A stretch of DNA of 64,000 bases from the IMG/VR virus record IMGVR_UViG_2706795947_000001, positions 1-64,000 of that record; one strand, 5' to 3'. This document shows positions 47,946-57,292 of the stretch, piece by piece. The translations under genes were made by a program, and so were the position numbers. Under the pieces are notes generated by a model. It was not told the DNA's origin. It saw nothing but the letters and a program-made list of their open reading frames with translations, and searched no databases. This DNA comes from a virus. Taxonomy: Duplodnaviria; Caudoviricetes. Every line of letters starts with the position of its first letter. Positions within the stretch are counted from its first letter, which is position 1.

Positions 47946-48308
47946 TTAGACACGAGTGTCTCCGTACTGTGTGCGCACGAGCTTAAAGGTCTCGTTGATC
48001 TTCCATACACGCATGTGCAGAAAGACTGCGATGTCGAGTTCCATCTTCGCCCCCCGCGAAGCACCCCAGCCAGGCATGAGGACGAGGTCGGTGCACTCCA
48101 GCATGGCCTTGAGATCGGCGCGAACGTAGTCCTGGTAGGGCAGATCGCCGGGTTCGCCGGGAAGTGTGCGCGCAACCTCTGCTGGGCTGACCACATCGTA
48201 GCCCTGATTGCGCAGTTCCTTGGCGAACAGGTCAAACTTGGCGAAGTTGTGCCCTTCAATGCCGGTCATCGGACCTGCGATGTAGAACTTCCGCAGCAAT
48301 TCAACCAT
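47946..48308 (-). CDS. DUF4406 / nucleoside 2-deoxyribosyltransferase-like protein
   Basis: YIAGPMTG..HNFAKF, SPA and GWGASRGAKME motifs. Confidence 0.8.
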   Translation of the reverse strand: MVELLRKFYIAGPMTGIEGHNFAKFDLFAKELRNQGYDVVSPAEVARTLPGEPGDLPYQDYVRADLKAMLECTDLVLMPGWGASRGAKMELDIAVFLHMRVWKINETFKLVRTQYGDTRV

Positions 48309-49441
48309 TACTTGTCGCCCCTGTCTTTCGGAATGTCAACGCGAGGCATAACGCACGCCTCGAACCCCTCTTCTGCCGTGAACTTGACCATCGACGTGGT
48401 CTTAGAGGGGTTGTAATGCAGTGTGATTGTCTTGCCTGGCGCCTTGGAGACGACATCGGTGAAGGTCTCGAGTGAGAACAGATACTTCACCGGATCATGA
48501 GTCGATTCAACCTCAAGCATCAGGGACTCTTCGATCTCCTCGGCAGAGTCGCGGTCCTTGATTGCGAGTGTCAGCATGTCTCCGGCGATCCACACGTCTA
48601 GTGCGATCTGCCGATCAGACGAGCCGATCTTCGACACCCTAGATAGTACACCGACGATAGTTTCTTTGTCAAACGAACACGAGTCCTCGTGCGGTTTGTC
48701 CATCATTCGACTGACCGGGTCGAACTTCTCCTCGAACAACGAGCACTTGATGTAGATGTCCTCAGTCGGAGCGATGACGAGGTTCGGACCGAGCACTCCG
48801 ACCTCGCACTCCTCGATAGAGCGCAGGATCGGGCCTATGAGGTGATAAGGAATCACTACATTGTTGCGTCCGTCTGCAAACTTGTAGTCGTTCGGCACCC
48901 GCATGGCGACCTTGCCGTTCGAGGAGCACAGGTACTCCTCGGCCATGTAGAGGCCGGCCCTGGGCGGAAGGCCGTCATTGTTCACTCCCCACCCGATCAG
49001 TTCCATTCGAGCCCCGAGACCCTTTGTTGGGTACATTCCGTCAGGATCGAACATGAACTCCTCGCGACTCGGGTAGTCGCCACCCCTGAGGAAGGGTGTG
49101 CTAGCCCTCATGCGTCCGCTTGTGATGCGGAGCTTGCCGCCCTCGTCAATGAACTTGGACTTGCCCGACAGCGGAAGTGCAGTCACGATGCCATGAGTCG
49201 AGATCGAGGACACCCGCCAGGTGACCGGGGCTTCGCACTCGATGGAGAGGGGGTAGAGGAACTCGGTGTAGTACAGCGAGCCGTTGGTTGTCCTCAGGGT
49301 TACGTACTCATCGACCGGATTGGCGTCGATAACGAACCCCTTGAACAGATCGAAGTCACGACCACGAGTCGGGGCCACGATATTCGCACGCTTGAAGGCA
49401 TCCGCAAGCGTTGCGTTGTTGAACTCGATTGTGGTTCCCAC
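48308..49441 (-). CDS. DNA polymerase III beta sliding clamp-like protein
   Basis: 377 aa with a three-domain-like pattern, DYP, SSNGK and C-terminal CVMPR motifs. Confidence 0.75.
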   Translation of the reverse strand: MGTTIEFNNATLADAFKRANIVAPTRGRDFDLFKGFVIDANPVDEYVTLRTTNGSLYYTEFLYPLSIECEAPVTWRVSSISTHGIVTALPLSGKSKFIDEGGKLRITSGRMRASTPFLRGGDYPSREEFMFDPDGMYPTKGLGARMELIGWGVNNDGLPPRAGLYMAEEYLCSSNGKVAMRVPNDYKFADGRNNVVIPYHLIGPILRSIEECEVGVLGPNLVIAPTEDIYIKCSLFEEKFDPVSRMMDKPHEDSCSFDKETIVGVLSRVSKIGSSDRQIALDVWIAGDMLTLAIKDRDSAEEIEESLMLEVESTHDPVKYLFSLETFTDVVSKAPGKTITLHYNPSKTTSMVKFTAEEGFEACVMPRVDIPKDRGDK

Positions 49442-50068
49442 TCAGGCTCCCGTCAGGTCAGCGCACGCAGCCGCTGGGCCGGTGATCCACTTCTCTATGC
49501 GGCGCTCCATGTCGATGGAGTGCATGAGATCCTCGAGCGCGCGGTGTGTTGCCTTGTCGGGCGGGCTGACGTACTTCGTAGGATCGGTGTCGATCTTCTT
49601 CCACAGCTCAGGACGCGTTGCCTTGAGTCGCTCCATGTCCGAGCTCGAGTCGACCACCCGGTAGTGGAAATACTCGTTGAGCTTGGGCATCTTCTGCTCG
49701 AGGAACTTGCGATCGAAGTGCACCGAGCTACCCCACACCGGCAGGCCCTTGATCTGGAACCCGCTGATAGCATCGAGGATGCGTGTCTCGATCTCCTCGT
49801 ACTCGCGGGTCGGGAGTTTGCGCTCCATGAACCCGCGCAGCTTGGGGAACAGTCCATTCTTGTTGTGCATCTCACGCACAGGCTTGACGAAGCTGTTGTC
49901 GGCTAGGCGCTGGACGACCTGCGGGGTATAGAGAATGCCCGACAGAGTCTTGCCTTCGACCGGCGTCCAGGTCGTTGTGTCCACCACCACGATGGCGAAC
50001 TCGATGATCTCCTCTGTGACCGGGTTCAGGCCGGTGGTCTCGAGGTCGATGAATACTGCATTACTCAT
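49442..50068 (-). CDS. orn: Oligoribonuclease (DEDDh exonuclease)
   Basis: FIDLETTGL, MHNKNGL, SVHFDRKFL, FHYRVVDSS and HRALEDL motifs. Confidence 0.85.
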   Translation of the reverse strand: MSNAVFIDLETTGLNPVTEEIIEFAIVVVDTTTWTPVEGKTLSGILYTPQVVQRLADNSFVKPVREMHNKNGLFPKLRGFMERKLPTREYEEIETRILDAISGFQIKGLPVWGSSVHFDRKFLEQKMPKLNEYFHYRVVDSSSDMERLKATRPELWKKIDTDPTKYVSPPDKATHRALEDLMHSIDMERRIEKWITGPAAACADLTGA

Positions 50069-50265
50069 TGGGTCTCCTTCTCTCGGCTGACGATGTAGTT
50101 GTGCACGTCCTGGCGTGGGATCAGGTACCCCTTGCCCGGACGGTGGGCGTTCGGGAACTTCCCCGCCTTCACCAACTCCCGAACGTGGTTGACTGTCACC
50201 AGCAGGATCGCCGCCACCTGGTCGGTCGTCAGGTTGTCGTTCTCTGGCGCGATGTTCACGGTCAC
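50065..50265 (-). CDS. Excisionase-like helix-turn-helix protein
   Basis: LTTDQVAAIL...VRELVKAGKFP...GKGYLIP pattern. Confidence 0.8.
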   Translation of the reverse strand: MTVNIAPENDNLTTDQVAAILLVTVNHVRELVKAGKFPNAHRPGKGYLIPRQDVHNYIVSREKETQ

Positions 50266-50523
50266 TTCTTTCGTAGTATCTGTCTATCAAGACAGATTCC
50301 TTGATGTCGCTCTCGGCAAGGACTTCTACTTGATCCACACAGTTCTCGCATATGGATCGAGTTCGTATCTGAGACGGCGCATTCCTGTAGTGCCTGTCAT
50401 ACTCGATCCAGTATGTGAACTGAAACACACCTGCATGATACTCGATACGAGCTGGGGTTATCTCCGCGTACCGATCACGCGGAAACTTGCAACCCCTGCG
50501 TTTCCACGCGCAGCCCGCAGCCC

Positions 50524-50808
50524 TCATGCCCCCGCATGAACTCGCTGCATGATGGCATTGAGGTCCTTCTGTAGCGAATCGACCACCCTGGCGGTGGCCT
50601 TGTGAACCTCGTAGGCCGATAGTGCCTCATCCAGCTTCACCTTCGATTTACTCTCCTTGGAGACCTTGGTGACATTGTCCTTGGAGGCCGCCATCTGCGC
50701 GCGGCTGTCTACAGCCAGGTCCATGAGGCGCTGCTCGAAGAGGTCGAGCACCCGCTTGTTGCGGTCCTCGAACAGCTTTCCTACATTGACCAGTACGGTA
50801 CGAATCAC
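50524..50808 (-). CDS. Hypothetical coiled-coil protein
   Basis: GTGA-coupled to the helicase stop. Confidence 0.65.
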   Translation of the reverse strand: MIRTVLVNVGKLFEDRNKRVLDLFEQRLMDLAVDSRAQMAASKDNVTKVSKESKSKVKLDEALSAYEVHKATARVVDSLQKDLNAIMQRVHAGA

Positions 50809-52373
50809 AGTGTGCCCTCCAATGCGTCGTTGAGCTTCTCCATGAAGCTCGCGTCCACGGAGCCCTTAGCTCCATTGCGGATGATGGTATCGAACGAGAA
50901 CTCTTTGTCTTTGATGATCTGTTCGACGCGGTACTCGGCGGAGTTCTTCACCATGTAGTCGAACACTTGAATCGAAGGATGATGCTCCGATCCAACCCTG
51001 CGCATACGACCGACACACTGGTCGTTCAGGCCGGGACTGAACTCCTTGCCGATGAACTGCCCGTGATTAGCAGCAGTCATATTCAAGCCCACACCCATAG
51101 CCTTGATGATCCCAATGATGACTCCCGGCTCCTTGTCCGCCGTCCAGTCCTTCACCACCTGCTGCCGCTTGTCCTTGTTTACCTTGCCGTGAATCTGGTA
51201 GACGGGCGTGCCGGGTCGAGCCTCTTCGAGACGCCGCATGTAAGCGGTGATGATCGGCATGAACTGGGTGAACACAATGAGCTTGTGTCCGTTGTCCAGT
51301 ATCTCGCACGCATCCTCGATGGCAAGGTCTAGCTTAGGTGACTCGTCCCAGTCAGGGAGCAGCGTGCATGTAGATGCACAGATCTGGCGCAGCCGCAGCT
51401 GTCTAACCATCGGCCACTCGAGCGCCTCATCCTGTTCGTCGGTGAACGAGGGCACGTACTTCTGTAGCTTGTGTTCAGTGGCCAGGTAGTTGTACATCTC
51501 ACGCGGCTTGTCTACCAGCGACACCATGCGCTTAATGATCTGTACCTCAGGCAGGTCGATAACGTTGTCGATCTCACGACGCAGCATGACCTGCGACAGA
51601 CGCGCTGCCAGCTGTCGTTCATTCTTGACTGCCGTCACCTGCTTGCCATTAAACCCACCGAGCACACAGTACTTCGCCTTGAAGCCTGCGAACGTGCCCC
51701 ATTGACCGGGGGTCACCCAGTCGAGTAGGGTCCACAGGTCGTCCACCTGGTTGGTCATCGGCGTCCCACTCATTGCGAGGCGACGACCGGAGGCCAGCTG
51801 GCTGATGTTCTTGTACGCGTTGGTCTCGCGGTTCTTGATGATGTGAGCTTCGTCGGCCACGAGGTAGTCGATGTTCAGCGAGTTGAGCTGCTGAATGTGA
51901 TCTTCGAGCGCCTCGTAATTGATGACCAGAATCTTGTGGTTGTCAATGCGCTTGAACTCCTCGATCTGCTTGAAGCGATCAATGAGTGTGCCGGTCGCCA
52001 CGCAGTAGTCGAGCTTAGTGAACTTCACGATCTCATCGGCCCAGTTCATACGCAAGGAAGCTGGCACGACAGCGATCATAACGCACCGCTTCTCGGGGTC
52101 TTTCTTTACCGACGACCAGATGTGCATTCCGAAGGTGAACAGCGCCTGGATTGTCTTGCCGAGACCCATCTCGTCGCCGAGGATCGCGCCCTTCTTGTTC
52201 TTCAGCCACCGGACGCCCTCCTCCTGGTAGGGCTTGAGTTCGATCTCGGGACGAATCCAGTAGTCAAGGGAGCCTCGGCTGCGTGGGCCAGTAACGCCGG
52301 CAATCTTATTCTGCTGCTCGGCTAAGCCCGCGCTCAAGGGTACTGACGAAGGGCGTTCGTTCACCGTTGTCAC
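50805..52373 (-). CDS. SNF2-family helicase
   Basis: LKPYQ, GDEMGLGKT, ADEAH, SGTP, GVGLN and Q..GR.RR.G motifs. Start probably GTG 52373. Confidence 0.9.
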   Translation of the reverse strand: MTTVNERPSSVPLSAGLAEQQNKIAGVTGPRSRGSLDYWIRPEIELKPYQEEGVRWLKNKKGAILGDEMGLGKTIQALFTFGMHIWSSVKKDPEKRCVMIAVVPASLRMNWADEIVKFTKLDYCVATGTLIDRFKQIEEFKRIDNHKILVINYEALEDHIQQLNSLNIDYLVADEAHIIKNRETNAYKNISQLASGRRLAMSGTPMTNQVDDLWTLLDWVTPGQWGTFAGFKAKYCVLGGFNGKQVTAVKNERQLAARLSQVMLRREIDNVIDLPEVQIIKRMVSLVDKPREMYNYLATEHKLQKYVPSFTDEQDEALEWPMVRQLRLRQICASTCTLLPDWDESPKLDLAIEDACEILDNGHKLIVFTQFMPIITAYMRRLEEARPGTPVYQIHGKVNKDKRQQVVKDWTADKEPGVIIGIIKAMGVGLNMTAANHGQFIGKEFSPGLNDQCVGRMRRVGSEHHPSIQVFDYMVKNSAEYRVEQIIKDKEFSFDTIIRNGAKGSVDASFMEKLNDALEGTL

Positions 52374-52605
52374 TGAGGATCTCCCACTTGATTGGAACTG
52401 ATTCACCGAGATCGTTGGTGCCTTCGATGAACTCAATGCGACAGTCAGGGAAGTGCCGCTCGACCCAGTCGATGTAGGCGATTGCTTCACTAACTGTTCG
52501 GGGGACAGAAGTGTTCCAGACTTCGGACAGACCTGCCTCACGATAGCGGTAGGCCTTGTAGGTACGGTGTACGTCCTCTTCTTTCGGAACAAACTTCACC
52601 CCCAT
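52306..52605 (-). CDS. Hypothetical protein
   Basis: MGVKFVPKEED...; protein-like, and explains the spurious N-terminal extension of the helicase ORF. Confidence 0.55.
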   Translation of the reverse strand: MGVKFVPKEEDVHRTYKAYRYREAGLSEVWNTSVPRTVSEAIAYIDWVERHFPDCRIEFIEGTNDLGESVPIKWEILSDNGERTPFVSTLERGLSRAAE

Positions 52606-53264
52606 TTCATCTTGTTCTGGCATCCCTTGCACCCCCCGTCGCGGTCGATGTGCTCTCGCATGTCCGCGATCGAGGCGTATGGCTTGCCGCATTTGCTGCA
52701 CATCAGCGGTTGCTTGCCGGTCTTTATCCCGACCACACCGTGATTGAAGTTGTAGGTCTGAGTCTCCTGCGCAGGCGGAACCGACTTCAGCTTCGGCTGC
52801 GGTTCGGGAAGATCGGCAATGTCGCTCTCGAAGAACTCTCCCTCGAGTGGACCAGCATACTCGATGTCCTCGGTCTCCAACTCCGGCTCGGCCTCGGGCA
52901 GCTCGTCGATCGCCTTGGTTATCTTGTCGAAGACGTGGTCGCCGGGCTTGTCGTCGTCTCCACCCAGGCCGAGGGCCGCCTCGTAAGTCTGCCCGTCCAC
53001 CATGCGGCCTCGCCGGTACACCCGCGCGCCGACGATGATGCCCTGAAGTTTGAAGGCGTACGCCATCTGCCCGAGCTCGCCGATCAGCTCGTGCAGGAAA
53101 TCCATCTGGTCATCGGTGAGCTCGTCGATGAACGACGTGAAGGCTGCGAGGTCAGCGTTGTGACTCTCTTCCTTCTTGCGCGCGTTCTCTTCGTACTGCT
53201 TCTGTTGGAACTTCTGGAATTGCAATGCTTGCCGGAACTCTTCGGGCAGGTCTTCGTCGGGCAT
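52596..53264 (-). CDS. Hypothetical protein with C-terminal Zn finger
   Basis: CSKC...H...CKGC motif; AGGAAGG RBS. Confidence 0.7.
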   Translation of the reverse strand: MPDEDLPEEFRQALQFQKFQQKQYEENARKKEESHNADLAAFTSFIDELTDDQMDFLHELIGELGQMAYAFKLQGIIVGARVYRRGRMVDGQTYEAALGLGGDDDKPGDHVFDKITKAIDELPEAEPELETEDIEYAGPLEGEFFESDIADLPEPQPKLKSVPPAQETQTYNFNHGVVGIKTGKQPLMCSKCGKPYASIADMREHIDRDGGCKGCQNKMKWG

Positions 53265-53288
53265 GTGTTGTTCCTTCCTGTAGGCACC

Positions 53289-53330
53289 ATAGTAAGGGGG
53301 CTGCAACCACAGTAGCAGCCCCCTTACTAT
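53289..53330 (-). terminator. 16-bp stem-loop after the SSB gene
   Basis: ATAGTAAGGGGGCTGC / GCAGCCCCCTTACTAT. Confidence 0.6.
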
Positions 53331-53381
53331 CCTGGCCCTTCTGATCGACGGGTGATTGGCACCCTAGCAGGGGAAGCTCGA

Positions 53382-54509
53382 TCAGAAGGGGGGTTCTTCG
53401 TCCTCGTCGATCTGCACAGTGCCTGCGGCAGGTGCGGTGTTCGACAGAGGCTTGACCTTGCCCTTGGTGGAGATGACCTGCTCCTCGGCAGGCGGTGAGG
53501 GCGGGGTCGGCTCGGGCGTCGGCTCCGGCTGGACCCGAGTCTGCGCTTGCGGCGGTGCCGGTTGCGCTGGCTGCGGGGTGGGAGTCGGTGTCGGTTCCGG
53601 CTGCGGAGTCGGCGTCGGCTCCTCCGGCACCACGTCAGCGTCGATGACGTTGCCCTCGATGTCGCCGTCCGGGACGGTGGCAGCAGCCTTCGCGGCAGCT
53701 GCTTCCTTGTCCTCGTCATCCCTCGGCATCGGGTACTGCAGCAGGAATCCCTGCGCCGACTTGAAGGAATCGAAGTAGTCCTGGTAGGACTCGGGGTTGG
53801 TCTTGGCGACCTTGGTGAAGATCGGCGTGCAGAACTTCACCATGCCACGCTTGTTCACGTCGAGCGTGAGCTTGGTTGCGACCGTGAAGATCGGAGTCTT
53901 CTTGGAGGCGAACGGCGTGACGTACTGACGAGCCGGCTTGATACCCGACCGGCGGATGGTGAACAGGGCGGGCACCCAGACCTCGGGGTCCTCCGGGTCC
54001 TGGTACAGGAGGGGGAAGGTCCACTCCTCGGAGCACCAGGGCTTCTTGCCCGACGGGTCGGTGTTCCACTCCTTGAAGTGGCAGTCCTTGCACCCGATGC
54101 TGGGCATCGTGAGCAGGTTCTGTTCCGGCCCGACGAACAGAGGCGATGCATCGTCCGGCCCGTAGACGTCCTGAGCTTCCCAGGGGAACTGCTTGCTCGT
54201 GGGCAGCTCGGTATCCATGTTCGGAAAGCCGTTGCGCATGTCGGGCGACTTGCAAAGCGGCGGGTCTTGGTCATCGCCGTCGCTCATCTCGCCCCACATG
54301 ATGCGAGACTTGTGCAGGCCGAGGAGGATCACGGTGAGCTCGTTGAAGAGCTCGTCGGTCTGACTGTTCTTGAATGCCGCCTCGGGATGGTCGATCGAGA
54401 GGCGGGGCATCGTCAGGTCGTTGGTATCGAAGTCCTCGAGGCCGGTCTCCATACCGTCCCAAGACACGACATCGGTACCAGTCGTCTGACTGGGCTGCAA
54501 AGAAGTCAT
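53382..54509 (-). CDS. Single-stranded DNA-binding protein (phage type)
   Basis: GLEDFD..DL.MPRL N-terminus, CKDC...C motif, Pro-rich linker and acidic DEDEEPPF tail. Confidence 0.65.
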   Translation of the reverse strand: MTSLQPSQTTGTDVVSWDGMETGLEDFDTNDLTMPRLSIDHPEAAFKNSQTDELFNELTVILLGLHKSRIMWGEMSDGDDQDPPLCKSPDMRNGFPNMDTELPTSKQFPWEAQDVYGPDDASPLFVGPEQNLLTMPSIGCKDCHFKEWNTDPSGKKPWCSEEWTFPLLYQDPEDPEVWVPALFTIRRSGIKPARQYVTPFASKKTPIFTVATKLTLDVNKRGMVKFCTPIFTKVAKTNPESYQDYFDSFKSAQGFLLQYPMPRDDEDKEAAAAKAAATVPDGDIEGNVIDADVVPEEPTPTPQPEPTPTPTPQPAQPAPPQAQTRVQPEPTPEPTPPSPPAEEQVISTKGKVKPLSNTAPAAGTVQIDEDEEPPF

Positions 54510-54588
54510 GTAGGTAGACTCATTTCTTTGTTGTCTTGCAGGTTCATCGGTTCGCTGTTTTACTATCGGTATTCCTACCGATCTCTAC

Positions 54589-54617
54589 ACATTACTACAT
54601 ATGCGGATCGTTGTCAA
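54589..54617 (-). promoter_or_regulatory. SigA-type promoter upstream of the SSB gene
   Basis: TTGACA-N17-TAATGT. Confidence 0.6.
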
Positions 54618-54937
54618 CCGAATCTTTGCGGACGTTTCTTTGCCATCAATCGCGCGTTGCGCTGCTCGCTAAACCTGATCCCCTTCGTCTTGAGCCAGAG
54701 CTTGAAGTCCGTTTCCGACACGCGCCAGATAGGCTTCTCGTCCGGGGCTGATATGTTGACGACCCTGATCCTGCCCTTCATCGAGCCGGTCGATCGGCCG
54801 GCGAAGTACAGGACACGTTCCTCGAGGTACGACCGAGAACAGTCCAGCATCAGGGCCACCTGCTGCACCGTGTAGAAGAACTCCCGAGCCGGGAAGTGCA
54901 CCTCGGAGGTCATGATGTCCTCTTGGAACGAGCTCAT
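54614..54937 (-). CDS. Helix-turn-helix DNA-binding protein
   Basis: YTVQQVALMLDCS...WRVSETDFKLWL pattern. Confidence 0.7.
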   Translation of the reverse strand: MSSFQEDIMTSEVHFPAREFFYTVQQVALMLDCSRSYLEERVLYFAGRSTGSMKGRIRVVNISAPDEKPIWRVSETDFKLWLKTKGIRFSEQRNARLMAKKRPQRFG

Positions 54938-55287
54938 CGGATTATCGCGGACTGGTCGGCGGTACGAATCGGAGTCCAGTTCCGCGAGCGCACCTCGTCC
55001 ATGATTCCACCGCTGCGCGTGACACCGAACATGAGCGCATTGCAGTACGACTTGATCTGTTCCGCCACCCAGGGGTTGACGAGTATGGCGTAGGCACCGT
55101 GCCCGGTCTCGCGGAGCCCCTTGTTGTGAATGGCGTTCAGCTCGACCATCATGTCGATGATCTCCTGCGGCGCACCGTGTGCAACCGAGTGCGACTCGAA
55201 GCGGACGTACACGTACTTGCAGTCACCGAAGGTCTCGGTGCCGGACCAGACCACATTGTCAGGCGGCTGGGGAATGGTGAGTGTCAT
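54934..55287 (-). CDS. Hypothetical protein
   Basis: GGAGG RBS and coupled overlaps. Confidence 0.65.
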   Translation of the reverse strand: MTLTIPQPPDNVVWSGTETFGDCKYVYVRFESHSVAHGAPQEIIDMMVELNAIHNKGLRETGHGAYAILVNPWVAEQIKSYCNALMFGVTRSGGIMDEVRSRNWTPIRTADQSAIIR

Positions 55288-55562
55288 TTCTTGGTTACCT
55301 CCTCGTAGGTATTGCGAGCCTTGTTCACAGATGAGGTGAACGCGTACGAAGGATCACGCGGAGTCTTTCCGATCAGCCACTGAAACGGCTCGATTGAGCC
55401 TACGAACAGAACCTTCAGTGATTCGATCGCCTGCTCTGGTGTATCAAACGAGCCTGGTGATTCGGCCTGTCCGTTTCCTCTGGCGTCGTTGACCCTCCAG
55501 TACCAGCGGTGTGCCGCAGGACGGCTATGAGTACCGCCTCGCTCAATCCGTATCTGCCTCAT
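55284..55562 (-). CDS. Hypothetical protein (DUF1508-like WYWR..NGQ...S motif)
   Basis: RWYWRVNDARGNGQAESPGSF. Confidence 0.55.
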   Translation of the reverse strand: MRQIRIERGGTHSRPAAHRWYWRVNDARGNGQAESPGSFDTPEQAIESLKVLFVGSIEPFQWLIGKTPRDPSYAFTSSVNKARNTYEEVTKK

Positions 55563-55746
55563 GTCGAATCACCTCCCCCTCTCCATCGTCGTTCCACTCA
55601 ATCTCGAGGACCGAGCCATCATCGAGTGTTGTCTTGCCATCGACGAGCAGGTCGAGCTCGTGACCGAAGACCTTCTCCTGGAAGGCCGGGTCCTTGACAG
55701 TCTCGGCCATCGCCTCGAACATGCCAGCCATATCCATGCCATCCAT
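55543..55746 (-). CDS. Acidic hypothetical protein
   Basis: ATG 55746 overlaps the upstream stop (TGATG). Confidence 0.55.
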   Translation of the reverse strand: MDGMDMAGMFEAMAETVKDPAFQEKVFGHELDLLVDGKTTLDDGSVLEIEWNDDGEGEVIRHEADTD

Positions 55747-55880
55747 CAGCGCCCAGTCCTCTTCCGCTTGGCTCGAGCCTTGCGCTTCTTCTTGAAGAAC
55801 CGTTCGGCCCGCTGCTCGGTCTTGCGGTCCTCCTTCTCGATCTTCTTGATGTACTCGTCGTAGTCGCCATCGAAGCTCAT
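55746..55880 (-). CDS. Small basic protein (44 aa)
   Basis: MSFDGDYDEYIKK...KKKRKARAKRKRTGR. Confidence 0.5.
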   Translation of the reverse strand: MSFDGDYDEYIKKIEKEDRKTEQRAERFFKKKRKARAKRKRTGR

Positions 55881-56503
55881 CGTGACTTCGCCTTTCGTCG
55901 GAGGGCTTCGAGACCATCGCGCATACCCTCGACGGTGTAGTGCTGGAAGTACAAGGGCTTGCGGTGAATCTTGGCGTAGCCGATGGTCTCCCAGCGATTG
56001 AACACTGCGCCGATAGCTCCGGTGCTCGGTGGGTTGTCCGGGTTGATCAGCAGTGCGATCGCTTGCGGCGTCATGAGCTCGTCGAACTCGCCCATCATGG
56101 CTCGATGACACACGGCCTGCACTTCGGATTCCAGCTGTCCACGTTGGCGCTGCCCGGTCGGCGTACCGGTGTAGACGGGTGCCAATTCCAATAGGCCAGG
56201 AGCCGATTCGCTCGGACGTTCGCGGGGCACGCGTGTCGGTGCACCCCCCGCCAATGAAGCACCCTCGAGTTCGACTGTGGGCGTCAGATACTCGGACATG
56301 TCCGGGTACTGATACGGCACGTAGTTGGGGTTCTCGTGGAGCCTTCGCTCCGTGTTTGCCATCTTGTACATGCGATCGAACTTGGCATGACACTCACACT
56401 TGCACAGCTCGTGCGCGGTGCACACCTTCATCGGCTTGCCGGACGGACTGACCGGCGCAGTGCCTTCGCAGTGGCCGATGCCACAGAAGCCTGTCTTGTA
56501 CAT
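55877..56503 (-). CDS. Hypothetical protein with N-terminal Cys/His cluster
   Basis: FCGIGHCEG...C...CKCECH; AAAGGAGG RBS. Confidence 0.7.
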   Translation of the reverse strand: MYKTGFCGIGHCEGTAPVSPSGKPMKVCTAHELCKCECHAKFDRMYKMANTERRLHENPNYVPYQYPDMSEYLTPTVELEGASLAGGAPTRVPRERPSESAPGLLELAPVYTGTPTGQRQRGQLESEVQAVCHRAMMGEFDELMTPQAIALLINPDNPPSTGAIGAVFNRWETIGYAKIHRKPLYFQHYTVEGMRDGLEALRRKAKSR

Positions 56504-56515
56504 CAAGCCTCCTTT

Positions 56516-57073
56516 CTAATCGTCATCCTCTGGAGAGTCGGCGAACCCGGTGTCTTCGTCCAGGTCTTGGCTAACGGTGGTCTGGTACACGACAGGTGCG
56601 TGTGACTTGGATACTACCTCGGGGTGCGGACCCTCCCATCGCTCGTCAAGGTAAGCGTACTCGGCAGACCATCGCTCACCTTCCCGCTTCCACAGCACAG
56701 CCGGGTCACGGAAGGATCGCGAGTAGTCAGCTTCACCACTCTCGAGCGCCCGCATTGCGTGCTCATCTCTGATTGCGCAGGTGCGATACGCGTGTGCGAA
56801 GGCAAGATCGAACACACCCTTCAGTGCGGTGAGCTCATCGACACGTAGCCCGGTCAGCTCCAGTGTTGTCTTGCCGAACTGATTGCCAACCTCGATCTTC
56901 ACATCGGGTCCGGGCTCCACTCCGCCAGGCTCGGGGAAGAGCTTCATCACCGCCTGGGTGGTGAAGACCTTCGTCCAAGCCCGCCGAGTCTGGCCGAACA
57001 CGCCAGGCGCGTGACCCTTACGCTTGATCAAGTCGCTCTTCTTTTTCCCTGGCCCTCGCTGCAGCGGCGGCAT
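56516..57073 (-). CDS. Hypothetical protein
   Basis: ATG 57073 after GAAAGGA. Confidence 0.6.
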   Translation of the reverse strand: MPPLQRGPGKKKSDLIKRKGHAPGVFGQTRRAWTKVFTTQAVMKLFPEPGGVEPGPDVKIEVGNQFGKTTLELTGLRVDELTALKGVFDLAFAHAYRTCAIRDEHAMRALESGEADYSRSFRDPAVLWKREGERWSAEYAYLDERWEGPHPEVVSKSHAPVVYQTTVSQDLDEDTGFADSPEDDD

Positions 57074-57281
57074 TGCGCATCCTTTCTGCGCGTGAGACAT
57101 CGCGCGGGTAGTTGTAGTCAGGGTCTTTGCCGAGGCAGGAATCGCACAGCCAGTCGACCACCCTCGACCTGAACACGGTCGTGGCATTGCCGATGCCTGC
57201 GAACAGAACCTTCTTACTCGAGAGCTGATCTCTCGGAAGGTCTTTGCCGCAGCGGGTGCAGGCGTAAATCGGTTCGGGCAT
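57018..57281 (-). CDS. Small Zn-finger protein
   Basis: CTRC...CDSC. Confidence 0.6.
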   Translation of the reverse strand: MPEPIYACTRCGKDLPRDQLSSKKVLFAGIGNATTVFRSRVVDWLCDSCLGKDPDYNYPRDVSRAERMRNAAAAARAREKEERLDQA

Positions 57282-57292
57282 GATCTCTCTTT

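Noticed and set aside
50065-50265. Excisionase as evidence of lysogeny
   Set aside because: This HTH family is common in lytic actinophages, and no integrase is present in the window.
52374-52592. Ser/Thr-rich N-terminal extension of the SNF2 helicase
   Set aside because: Better explained as off-frame sequence of the overlapping gene 52306..52605.
53547-54875. 442-aa plus-strand ORF (also 48689..49906)
   Set aside because: Antisense shadows of the SSB, clamp and Orn genes.
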